This document shows positions 8,413 to 16,933 of a stretch of 27,387 nt of DNA, one piece after another. Source of the stretch: Bdellovibrionales bacterium (GTDB lineage Bacteria; Bdellovibrionota; Bdellovibrionia; Bdellovibrionales; Bdellovibrionaceae); assembly GCA_031370005.1 (NCBI GenBank), contig JANMPT010000103.1, positions 1-27,387 of the forward strand, read 5' to 3'. Position numbers and translations under genes: made by a program. Position 1 is the first letter of the stretch; each line of letters opens with the position of its first letter. The notes below the pieces were generated by a model. The model saw only the letters and a program-made list of their open reading frames with translations, ran no database searches and was not told the origin of the DNA.

Positions 8413-8421
8413 AGGTTCCTC

Positions 8422-9150
8422 CTAATATTTTCCAAACCGGCCTGTTTTTCTTAACTTTTCAGTATAGGCCTTAAATACTTTCTTTTTCTTTTCAGGAATT
8501 TGAGCCCAGTGAATATTGTGAATGGCTCCGTAGATTGAGTAAAGGTAAAGAGCGTTGCAACACTTAGCACTTCTGTTAAGTTTCAATCGCCCTTCGAGCA
8601 TCTTGATGAAAGATTTTTCTGGTCCCAGTTTAATAATCTGGTCCGCATGGGTAATTCCAATGGCATTAAAGTCTTTTTCCACAGCAGGACCCAAATTCAT
8701 CATTTTTGATATCTTGGTTTCTTTCAGGTCAACTGGCTTTGCATTTGTTCTCTTTTTCGGCTTGATTTCAGGTTCAATACCAATCAATGCACTTTTCCTC
8801 TCAATCATTTCAATTAATTGAAACATTGAGGCTTCAAAGTTTTTTGACGACTGTGGCAAATAGAGCCACTTGGTAATTACGGAGTGTACAGTAGTACCTT
8901 TGATTTTACTTAGGAGCAACTCATGGTGTTCACGGTACGAAGGAATTAAACAACCGTTCCAAATCTCAGTTTTAAACTTCTTTCCTCGCCACTCTTTGTC
9001 GCCAGGGTGCTCACATAAAAAGGCAACCATCTTTCCGAAGACATAGATCGAGAGGCCACCAAAAAACTTCTTACAATAGAAACTGTCCTTGGATGCCAGC
9101 TCTTCAAAAAAATGACCAGCACTAAAGTTCGCTAGGGAATACTTTTTCAT
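8422..9150 (-). CDS. TfoX/Sxy-family domain protein (TfoX_N-like + TfoX_C)
   Basis: KKFFGGLSIY...MVAF N-domain; MNLGP...GI...LG...LYSIYGAIHNIHW C-domain; start MKKYSL 1 nt after the upstream stop. Confidence 0.75.
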   Translation of the reverse strand: MKKYSLANFSAGHFFEELASKDSFYCKKFFGGLSIYVFGKMVAFLCEHPGDKEWRGKKFKTEIWNGCLIPSYREHHELLLSKIKGTTVHSVITKWLYLPQSSKNFEASMFQLIEMIERKSALIGIEPEIKPKKRTNAKPVDLKETKISKMMNLGPAVEKDFNAIGITHADQIIKLGPEKSFIKMLEGRLKLNRSAKCCNALYLYSIYGAIHNIHWAQIPEKKKKVFKAYTEKLRKTGRFGKY

Positions 9151-9151
9151 G

Positions 9152-9535
9152 TTACATCGCCGAGCAAATTTCAACCAGCATACCATTGCAATCTCGGACG
9201 TAGCTGACTACTTGGCCCCATGGCTTTTGGGTTGGCTTACTTGTTGCGACAGCTCCGGCCTTCACAGCTCGCTCAAAGGCTTTTTCAACATCGTCGGCCA
9301 CAAGGCTAATCTCAAAGCCGGGAGCAAGTGCCTTCAAACTTAACTTCTCATATTTAAAACCGTGTGAACCTGCAGTATCATGATGAACGAATCCAAGTTT
9401 AGTATCGCCAGTTTTCATCTCACCATACTGTTTGGATTCATGAAGAAAGCCAATCTCAAGACCAAATGCGTTCGCGTAAAAAACCATCGTTTTCTCAACG
9501 TCATCAACGTAAAGGAGCGTGTATCCAAGCTTCAT
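9152..9535 (-). CDS. VOC/glyoxalase family protein
   Basis: LYVDDVEK...FY...FGL; KPWGQVVSYVRDCNGMLVEI. Confidence 0.92.
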   Translation of the reverse strand: MKLGYTLLYVDDVEKTMVFYANAFGLEIGFLHESKQYGEMKTGDTKLGFVHHDTAGSHGFKYEKLSLKALAPGFEISLVADDVEKAFERAVKAGAVATSKPTQKPWGQVVSYVRDCNGMLVEICSAM

Positions 9536-9940
9536 TTAAATATCTCCATGGTGGCCGCATAAAACAACGACATATCCATCAAGATCTTGAAGCCAAATTT
9601 CTCTATGCTTAGCATTTGGATTTATTCCGACAGGTTTCAAAATCTTAGCCTTGATCTTTTTAACGACTTTGAGCGCGGAATCTAAGTCGTCCAGTTGAAA
9701 CCAAAGCACACAGCCATTGCCGCGACTTTTTATAGACTTTTTCCCAAGAAAGTCCTCATGGTGATGGTCAATATCCCACGTGTGGAGTTGCAAGATTAAC
9801 CTACCGTTGTTGACGATTTGTTCGTACTCGCCGCCGCCATGACCGCTTTTGCAATTCAAAACCTTTTGATACCATTGACTGCTTTTTCTAACATCATTCA
9901 CGGCAATCATTGGTTGGGCAGCACAGTTTCCGCTCTTCAT
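9536..9940 (-). CDS. VOC/glyoxalase family protein
   Basis: IAVNDVRKSSQWYQ...REIWLQDLDGYVV; ATGA overlap at 9937-9940. Confidence 0.88.
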   Translation of the reverse strand: MKSGNCAAQPMIAVNDVRKSSQWYQKVLNCKSGHGGGEYEQIVNNGRLILQLHTWDIDHHHEDFLGKKSIKSRGNGCVLWFQLDDLDSALKVVKKIKAKILKPVGINPNAKHREIWLQDLDGYVVVLCGHHGDI

Positions 9941-10347
9941 TTTTTGGCCCAAGGATTGTAGTTGCCAAAGCTCCAAACATGACCTTCGGGGTCACGGCAA
10001 GCATAGTCACTGGCTCCGTAGTCTTTCTTGGTCAAAGGCATCAAGATTTCAGCGCCACTTTCTTTTGCTTTTTTAAAATGTGCTTCGGGATTTTCAATAA
10101 TTATAAACGTTACTTGGGTTTCAAATCCGCCAACTTCTTTTGGTAGTCGAATGTATTTTCCAAATTCGGACTCGACATTTGGGCCAATCATAATAAGACC
10201 GGTGCCATGCCTTAGTTCTGCGTGCATCACCTGACCTTTTTCATCTTCAAACACCTTGTGCTTTTCAAATCCGAAAGCTTTGCATAGAAATTCAACTGCT
10301 TGTTTTGGATTTTGGTATCTCATGGTAGGAATTATTGTCGATAACAT
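9937..10347 (-). CDS. VOC (bleomycin-resistance/PhnB-like) protein
   Basis: IIPTMRY...FLCKAFGF...MHAEL...DYGASDYACRDPEGHVWSFGNY; start 10347 supported by promoter position. Confidence 0.9.
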   Translation of the reverse strand: MLSTIIPTMRYQNPKQAVEFLCKAFGFEKHKVFEDEKGQVMHAELRHGTGLIMIGPNVESEFGKYIRLPKEVGGFETQVTFIIIENPEAHFKKAKESGAEILMPLTKKDYGASDYACRDPEGHVWSFGNYNPWAKK

Positions 10348-10356
10348 AGTTATTGG

Positions 10357-10385
10357 AACATAACCCATCTGCGCAAACTAGGCAA
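10357..10385 (-). promoter_or_regulatory. sigma70-like promoter of the VOC-VOC-VOC-TfoX-GST operon
   Basis: Minus strand TTGCCT, 17 bp, TATGTT, 9 nt before ATG 10347. Confidence 0.5.
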
Positions 10386-10453
10386 CAATTCCAGCGATAA
10401 GATTCGCCAAAAAGCTCTGTCGGCTGCGGTTGTCAATTTGGCCTACTGCATCA

Positions 10454-10753
10454 CTAGACCGTCATTTTGCAACCTTGTGTAGGATCAACAAGTGATTGTA
10501 ATGACAACTCAACGAATCGTTCTTGAGAATGCCCAAGGGCTTTGGCGAATCGAGCTGCGCGTTTGGGACTAACCGCTTTGTTTCCTTTTTCGATATCGTT
10601 TAAATGGGAGCGAGAAATTTTAAGATGTTTTGCAAATTCAACTTGTGAGACTTCTTCGCCAAGACGAATGGCTTCGATCAGTCTGCCAAGTGTTACCGGA
10701 CTACCCGTGATCTTTTCTAAAAACTTTCGAGTTTCACTTTTCTTAGTACTTAT
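10454..10753 (-). pseudogene. second, decayed copy of the XRE gene at 2879-3190
   Basis: 10484-10753 aligns ungapped with 2921-3190 (about 25 mismatches in 270 by hand count); start codon is ATA and the C-terminus is replaced after LQSLVD. Confidence 0.85.
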
Positions 10754-10861
10754 GTTTATCAATTGCGAGAACCGTGAAGGAAGCATGACAATTTCGAGAT
10801 TAATTCTAAAAAGGACATATAAAAGAAGTTTGCTTTTTTAAAGTTTATTACTGGTCAGGAA

Positions 10862-10880
10862 GGAATGGCGGACAGAGATT
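10862..10880. repeat. degenerate displaced tRNA-Ser 3' end (att-like)
   Basis: GGAATGGCGGAcAGaG----ATT versus GGAATGGCGGAaAGgGcgggATT at 11809-11831, same orientation. Confidence 0.55.
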
Positions 10881-11137
10881 GTTAAAATCTTTTCCGCCTG
10901 TAATTAGTATTCAAATATTTTTTCAAATAAAATTGAATGGGTTTCGTGCACAAATATTAATTTTTCTGAAGCGATTTCAGGTTTTAATTTTAAGCTGTTT
11001 TTGTTAAAACACTTAGAAAATAAGCTGTAATTAAGCTCAAAGAGCGGGGGTATTTGGTGATAATATCGAAGCTAGGACTTTTGACCATAGTCTAGATTAA
11101 ACCCGCTATATTGCTTACCAAAGCATATATTTTATTT

Positions 11138-11238
11138 TAAGTAACTATTTGTGCATATTTTGTTACTTATTATATTGTAAGTATCACTGTTGTTAGTTAT
11201 TTTTAATTAAGTAACGAAACGCGCTGCTTTTGTTACTT
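11138..11238. promoter_or_regulatory. two AAGTAAC-N16-GTTACTT inverted repeats upstream of fic
   Basis: Copies at 11139-11168 and 11209-11238, exactly 70 bp apart. Confidence 0.65.
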
Positions 11239-11247
11239 GGAAAAAAA

Positions 11248-11788
11248 ATGGATAAAATTAAATGAGTTGGTCAATTTTTAAAACGCTCTGTTGCTGGTGA
11301 GCACTACACGGCTTATGTACCTCAGAAATTACCGCCAAACCCAGCATTAGATATTAACGAATTACTTCCGCTATTAGACAAGGCGACAGCCGCTGTTGGA
11401 CGACTTGATGGTATGAGTATGGTTTTACCAGACTCATCACTTTTTCTTTATATGTATGTTCGTAAAGAGGCTGTCTTATCTTCACAGATTGAGGGAACCC
11501 AATCTTCACTGTCTGATTTATTATTATTTGAAACCGAAGACGCGCCTGGAGCGCCACTAGATGATGTGACCGAAGTTTCTTGCTATGTATCTGCAATGAA
11601 TTACGATCTTAAGCGGCTTAAAGACTTTCCGATATCGCTTCGGCTTATCAAAGAAATTCACGAAAAACTAATGGCTAATAGCCGTGGCGGAAATAAACAG
11701 CCCGGTGAATAAAGAGCGACATAAAGTTTTTGTATATACGGAGTATCTTGATATTTTGAGTAAGGGGACTGAGCCGCTGAGGAATTAG
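11248..11788 (+). pseudogene. fic: Fic-family protein (N-terminal helical domain + Fic + HTH type), nonsense mutation and internal deletion
   Basis: MDKIK*VGQF...YVPQKLPP...GRLDG...EAVLSSQIEGTQ...KEIHEKL...PGE, then a different frame from 11711 KERHKVFVYTEYLDILSKGTEPLRN* (typical C-terminus); HPFxDGNGR motif absent. Confidence 0.88.
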
Positions 11789-11812
11789 GGCTGTTCTCGG
11801 TTGATGGTGGAA

Positions 11813-11905
11813 TGGCGGAAAGGGCGGGATTTGAACCCGCGGTAGACCTTTTGAGTCTACGAGCGTTTAGCAAACGCTTGGTTTCAGCCACTCACCCACC
11901 TTTCC
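11813..11905 (-). tRNA. tRNA-Ser(GCT)
   Basis: GGAAAGG acceptor stem, anticodon arm AGCGT-TTGCTAA-ACGCT, long variable arm, GGTTCAAATCC, encoded CCA; 93 nt. Confidence 0.97.
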
Positions 11906-12073
11906 GCACGAAATTGGGTCAGCTTTTTACGGCAGACTCAAAGAAACTGCCATAGGCCCCCTTTATAATCAAGCCTAGACCCCAACTCTTTTTGCAAAAC
12001 GTGTAAAGAACCTTGATTTTTTTTAGCCAGAGCACTAAAACAAGCGTCTCTTTCTTGAGTATTATTCTTACGT

Positions 12074-12150
12074 GCAGTCGTAGCTCAGCTGGATAGAGTA
12101 CCTGACTACGAATCAGGTGGTCGCAGGTTCGAATCCTGCCGTCTGCACCA
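12074..12150 (+). tRNA. tRNA-Arg(ACG)
   Basis: TAGCTCAGCTGGATAGAG, CCTGA-CTACGAA-TCAGG, GGTTCGAATCC, CCA; 77 nt. Confidence 0.97.
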
Positions 12151-12317
12151 TTTTTCAGCTTTTGCAGTCTATAAATTAATTAGTAATTACAAACACTTAT
12201 CTAATGCCCCAGGATGTGCCGCTAGACTCTCTGACTAGAGTCTAAAAATGAATTGTTTAAGAGGCACTCGTTCACTCTCTTGTCGCGCTCGTCTATAATA
12301 CGGGGAGTGAGGGTTGT

Positions 12318-13259
12318 ATGAAGAAGCATATTTTAAAAATTCTATTGGTTTGTCCTTTATTTTTTATGTCCATAGTCGCCTTGGCAGAGCCTATGTATGG
12401 GGTTTTGATGGTGGTCAAAGGCGCGGTAAGGGTGAGGGCTGCGAATCAGCAAATAAGCGAAGCTAAAGTGGGTAGCAGGGTTCAACAAGGGGACGCGGTA
12501 ATTACCGGAGCAGACTCCCGGGCGAAAATTGTGATGTCTGATCGCAACGTCATTAATGTGAATCCAGATACTGAAATTGTCATTGCTAAATATGAAAACG
12601 ACGCAGGTACTGGAAAAAAAAATGTAGAGCTGAACCTGCTCAAAGGCAAAGTTCGGAATAACGTCGAGCAAAACTATGATGGAGAGAAAAATAAATTTCT
12701 TATTAAAACACCTACGGCCGTTGCAGGAGTTCGCGGAACCCAGTTTTTGGTAGGCTTTAATCCGCAAACCAAGATGACTTCAATTGTAACTTTCAAGGGT
12801 TCGGTTAGCCTAGCCTCCATCGGTATTAATGGGATTTTGATCGGCTCGGCCGTTATAGTTCGAAAAGGTGAAATGACTCAAGCAGCGCCAAATGTAATGC
12901 CAGAGACTCCAAAAGCTCTTCCCAAAGAAGATATAAAAAAAATGGATAATGAATCCACTGCCAGCATGCAGCGCAAAGATGACAAGCCTGCAGAGAGCGA
13001 GCAAAAACGGGAAGCGGCTTCCGAGGGCGGTACTCCTAAAGAGAAAACCCCCTCCGCGCCAGGGGCACCACAAATGTTAGACAGTAAGGACATGGATATG
13101 GGAATAGCAAAGGATATTAAAGATATTCGAGCCCCCTCCATGGTGCCGCAAGCGGGGCCTACACCTCCGCCAAAAAGTATGACGGATTCAATCGTCAGAG
13201 ATGCCGTCCGTGATGTTTTTGGAAAAACAAAAGTGATAGTTCGACCAGTTCCACAATAA
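12318..13259 (+). CDS. secreted FecR-domain protein with Pro/charged low-complexity tail
   Basis: Signal peptide; GDAVITGADSRAKI...LLKGKVR...IKTPTAVAGVRGTQFLV FecR motif. Confidence 0.9.
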   Translation: MKKHILKILLVCPLFFMSIVALAEPMYGVLMVVKGAVRVRAANQQISEAKVGSRVQQGDAVITGADSRAKIVMSDRNVINVNPDTEIVIAKYENDAGTGKKNVELNLLKGKVRNNVEQNYDGEKNKFLIKTPTAVAGVRGTQFLVGFNPQTKMTSIVTFKGSVSLASIGINGILIGSAVIVRKGEMTQAAPNVMPETPKALPKEDIKKMDNESTASMQRKDDKPAESEQKREAASEGGTPKEKTPSAPGAPQMLDSKDMDMGIAKDIKDIRAPSMVPQAGPTPPPKSMTDSIVRDAVRDVFGKTKVIVRPVPQ

Positions 13260-13277
13260 TAGAAAGCTATACCCACA

Positions 13278-15290
13278 ATGAAACGAATTTTTTGGCTTCT
13301 GCTCCCGTCCATGTTTGCTATTACAAGTTTTGCAAAAGAAAATAAAATCTCTCAATCTCAAGCAATCATGGTGGAGCTTCGTGATCCCACGGAAGAGGCT
13401 GAAAAAGTAATGATTCGGGTAAAAGAGCTTGAGTCGGGAAAAGTTACTCAACTAAGCCTTGAAAAAGATCCCTCAAGTTCTCAGGTATGGAGTGGGTACT
13501 TTATAATTCAGTTTTTTAAAGGAGACAGCTCCGCTCGAACTCTCGATTTTCAAGCTTCGACGGGGGCCGCCTTCTTCGCGGATGTTTCACAAAGTAAAGC
13601 TGTTCAAAGGGTGATTTTATTTAAGACTCCCGAAGAGTTGGCTATATATGAAGCCAGTATTTCGGAGGAAACACAAAAAGCTGCAGAGAAACGAATTGCT
13701 ATGCAAATACAAGTGGCTCGCCCTCGCGGGACAGGCACGGCTCCTTTAAACAAGGAAAAGCTTGAGCAACTTGTCCGTCAACAAGGGCAACAACAAGAAG
13801 CCTCGCAGATGGCTCAGGAAGAAATGCAAACCAAAAAGCGCATGGCTCTATTGGTTCAACATGAAAAAATGACGATGGCGCAAAAGAAACTCAAGAGGGA
13901 ACAGGCTGCGGAAATTGTTAAGAAGGCTGACGCTCTCTATGCAGTCCGAAAGTATAAAGAGGCCGAAGGTCAATATGTGCAGGCGATCGAGCTCGATCCT
14001 GAGTCAGAAAGTTATTATTACCGTTATGGAGTGAGTCTTTATAAGATTGGAAATTACAATAAATCATTGGCCATTCTCTCATTGGTCGAAGTTGATTCTG
14101 ATGTGGCTCTAGAGAAAAACTACTATGTAGCCCTGAATCATTTAAAACTCAAAGACTATGACAAGGCACTGAAAGAACTCATAGAACTTCGTGATGAGAA
14201 ATCTCCTGAGCTCAGTCCAATGGCCTCTTTCTTTGCTGGTAATATTGAGTTTCAGCAGCAAAAATTTCCAGCCGCGCGGAAGAGTATGGAGTTTGTGCTT
14301 GATAACTCTAAAAATCCACAACTTGATCGATCTGCTGATGAAATGCTTGAGCAAATTGATCGCATGGAAACGTATTACGAAAGTAAAAAAGAAAGGTACC
14401 GCCTTGTTCTATTCGGCGGGCCTTCCTATGACTCTAATGTATTGAATATTGCAGAAAATAATATTTCGACGGACGTTAAGTCCTTGAGACTATATTATGG
14501 CGCCAGCGCTCTTGCGATTTTACATCGCACACCTACGTCGGATCTTGGCGCGCAACTTTCCTTTTCTGATTATTACAGCATGAACTCAAGTCTGAAGAGC
14601 GATCCGAATTTGCAAATAGCAGATGCTATGGAGTTTGGAATTAGCCTTCCCTACCATCAAGAAATTAAAGTTTCAAAAAGGCAAATGAATTTGGAATTAA
14701 CCCCGAGTTATAAAAATATTTATCTTGCCCCCGCAGGGGGAACCCGTGAGATCGCTGTACGTTCGACGGATCTGATATCTACATTATCGACAGCTATAAA
14801 ACAGGATTTATATCTATCAGGGCGTTTAAATTTCGGCTTAGATGAATCTGTATTGGCCTCTAGCATCGGAGATGATGACTTGTCTGGCACAAGATATGGG
14901 GTGACATTCATTCCAACAAAACTTTTAGACCTCAAAGGAGAAAAAACACTCTCAGGAGAAATCGGATATCTTTTTAATAATGCCAAAGGCATTAACAATC
15001 GCTATCAAAGGGTTGGCATTGCAGGAGTGTATGGATTTCCGACCTTTTATAAAGGGACAGGAAGTTTAAGGGCGGATTTCAGCCTTCAAGACTATAAAGA
15101 TGCGACGACGCCGCGGAAAGACACGAACATGATCTTTACAGGCGCTTACAATAAGGATTTAAGCAAGAAGTGGAATATGCTTTTAAGTCTGCAGTTGACG
15201 AGCGCGAATTCTGAAGTGGATGTTTATAGGTATAATAAATATCTGATCATGGGACTTTTTACCTATACCACGAGCATTCTGCAAAAGTAA
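13278..15290 (+). CDS. secreted TPR protein with probable C-terminal outer-membrane beta-barrel
   Basis: Signal peptide, coiled coil, TPRs (YKEAEGQYVQAIELDP, YYRYGVSLYKIGNYNKS), then YDSNV and alternating beta-strands. Confidence 0.8.
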   Translation: MKRIFWLLLPSMFAITSFAKENKISQSQAIMVELRDPTEEAEKVMIRVKELESGKVTQLSLEKDPSSSQVWSGYFIIQFFKGDSSARTLDFQASTGAAFFADVSQSKAVQRVILFKTPEELAIYEASISEETQKAAEKRIAMQIQVARPRGTGTAPLNKEKLEQLVRQQGQQQEASQMAQEEMQTKKRMALLVQHEKMTMAQKKLKREQAAEIVKKADALYAVRKYKEAEGQYVQAIELDPESESYYYRYGVSLYKIGNYNKSLAILSLVEVDSDVALEKNYYVALNHLKLKDYDKALKELIELRDEKSPELSPMASFFAGNIEFQQQKFPAARKSMEFVLDNSKNPQLDRSADEMLEQIDRMETYYESKKERYRLVLFGGPSYDSNVLNIAENNISTDVKSLRLYYGASALAILHRTPTSDLGAQLSFSDYYSMNSSLKSDPNLQIADAMEFGISLPYHQEIKVSKRQMNLELTPSYKNIYLAPAGGTREIAVRSTDLISTLSTAIKQDLYLSGRLNFGLDESVLASSIGDDDLSGTRYGVTFIPTKLLDLKGEKTLSGEIGYLFNNAKGINNRYQRVGIAGVYGFPTFYKGTGSLRADFSLQDYKDATTPRKDTNMIFTGAYNKDLSKKWNMLLSLQLTSANSEVDVYRYNKYLIMGLFTYTTSILQK

Positions 15291-15301
15291 AAAAAATGTA
15301 A

Positions 15302-16894
15302 CTACGGGCTTACATTGATTATATAAGGATTCGTTTGAAGCCCTGGCCCTGTGATCGAGATCGGGAAGGCGCCCACGGATTTAGGCTTTATATAAAAATC
15401 TGCTGAATGCATACCTACTGCAAAGCTTGATCCTGAAATAAGACTCGTACATGAAGAGTCCGAGTGGAAATCAAAATTTACACTTGCATTCACGAAATTA
15501 AACGGCAGGGCCGCGGCTGCCGTGACGGCCGCACGTGACTCATTGAAAAGCGATGCGCGATATGGTTTTGCATAACAAATCCCGTTTGCTGGGCCCATAT
15601 TATCGCCGCGCACCTCCAGAAATGTCGGTGTTGAGCCGCCAGAGCCCTCGTAAATATTGAGAGCGCTTGCTGCATAACCTGTCATAGTTAAATTCAAACC
15701 AGAAATTCCAGAGCCCACATTGATTTTCCCAAAAACAGGATAGCTAGAGGTAAATGCAGGGATATTGAGCGTTGAAAGAACTGTAGAGCATGATCCATTT
15801 GAGTAGAAATTAAAACCACTACCTGCATTATAATTCATGCTTGTTAATGTTGTTTCACTGATGGCTGCTCCGGAATATGACATCAGTAGAACATTATATG
15901 GATAACACAGACCAGGGAGAATCGAGCGAGGGCCATCAAGGTTTATACCTTTGGTTGTAGCGACGGCATTCGCCAGGTTCATTTGCGCACTTGGCGCTAA
16001 GGAGCTCGATGTGGCAATTAAAGACAATAAAGGAGTCGTAGCAAGTGGTGACTTAAAGACAATCTGTAGGCCATAGGTATTCGGTGGCATGACGATGGAA
16101 GATATCGTTGCCCCGCTTGCTATACAGGTTTGGTAATCAGGATACATTAGAAGTGGATTTGCGTTTACAGTCGCCTGAATAGTGACTGATACGGCCATTG
16201 TGCCTTCACGATTTTGATCATTCACAAGGCGGACTCCAACTGATTGGCAACTATTTTCCACAGTCGCATCGTATGGAAACCAGTCCTTATTGAGTGAAAG
16301 TTTTGTGGGTATAACGTTTCCACTTGAGCCTGGGAAGTCAGGACCCGTGCAGTCAATTCTATTTTGCGAGTTATAAGTCACTGGGATATTAAGTGAAAGC
16401 GTTTCTCCTGGTTTCAGTTCGAGATTGTTTTGTTCACCCAAAAGAAATGGGTCAGAAAGGCTTCCATTTGGAAAACCATAGGTTTTAAAATCTCGGCAAC
16501 TTGCAATGTCGGGAGCATAGAATCCAACAACATAAATGGAGCGCTCTTTTCCAGAGGGGACATCAATACTCATCGTGCCGCCTGCAGGAGCGGCTCCAAC
16601 AAAGAAGCCAACCCTTTTCCCCACAAGGCTTGTATTAATTCCGCCTTTACTGAAGCAGGAGTTCTTGCTCATGTTTTGTTCCGGCCCGCCGGCTGCGATT
16701 AAATAACAATTGATCGGAGTGGCGCCCGTAAAGCCACTTGGATCTGGCGCATTCGCGCCTAACGCCGCAACTGAGCTGCTAATTTTTGGAACTTCCGGTA
16801 GCTGAATTTGAATTTTAGTGCTCTCGTTAATTTTGGGACGATCACAAGCCGCAAAAAGAACAATGCTAACTGTAAAAATTAATATTTTTATCAT
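15302..16894 (-). CDS. large lipoprotein with repeated Cys-containing beta-sandwich-like domains
   Basis: Lipobox LFAAC; S/T/G/P-rich repeats ending FYSNGSCS / FHSDSSCT. Confidence 0.8.
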   Translation of the reverse strand: MIKILIFTVSIVLFAACDRPKINESTKIQIQLPEVPKISSSVAALGANAPDPSGFTGATPINCYLIAAGGPEQNMSKNSCFSKGGINTSLVGKRVGFFVGAAPAGGTMSIDVPSGKERSIYVVGFYAPDIASCRDFKTYGFPNGSLSDPFLLGEQNNLELKPGETLSLNIPVTYNSQNRIDCTGPDFPGSSGNVIPTKLSLNKDWFPYDATVENSCQSVGVRLVNDQNREGTMAVSVTIQATVNANPLLMYPDYQTCIASGATISSIVMPPNTYGLQIVFKSPLATTPLLSLIATSSSLAPSAQMNLANAVATTKGINLDGPRSILPGLCYPYNVLLMSYSGAAISETTLTSMNYNAGSGFNFYSNGSCSTVLSTLNIPAFTSSYPVFGKINVGSGISGLNLTMTGYAASALNIYEGSGGSTPTFLEVRGDNMGPANGICYAKPYRASLFNESRAAVTAAAALPFNFVNASVNFDFHSDSSCTSLISGSSFAVGMHSADFYIKPKSVGAFPISITGPGLQTNPYIINVSP

Positions 16895-16933
16895 GCTTAT
16901 CTTTTCGGATTAAATCGAATATCTATATAGTAT

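Noticed and set aside
7740..10400. Integron cassette array (VOC/GST/TfoX are typical cassette genes; GCCATAAC near 7789)
   Set aside because: Genes overlap or abut with no room for attC sites; no paired R''/R' boxes or intI seen.
11263..11265. TGA recoding (Sec/Trp) in fic
   Set aside because: TGA is a normal stop in intact genes here, and fic is independently broken by a deletion.
11658..11891. 77-aa minus ORF
   Set aside because: Runs through tRNA-Ser and antisense to the fic remnant; shadow ORF.
12223..12244. IR TAGACTCT-N6-AGAGTCTA as a CRP site or terminator
   Set aside because: Does not match TGTGA-N6-TCACA and has no U-tract on the tRNA strand; function unsupported.
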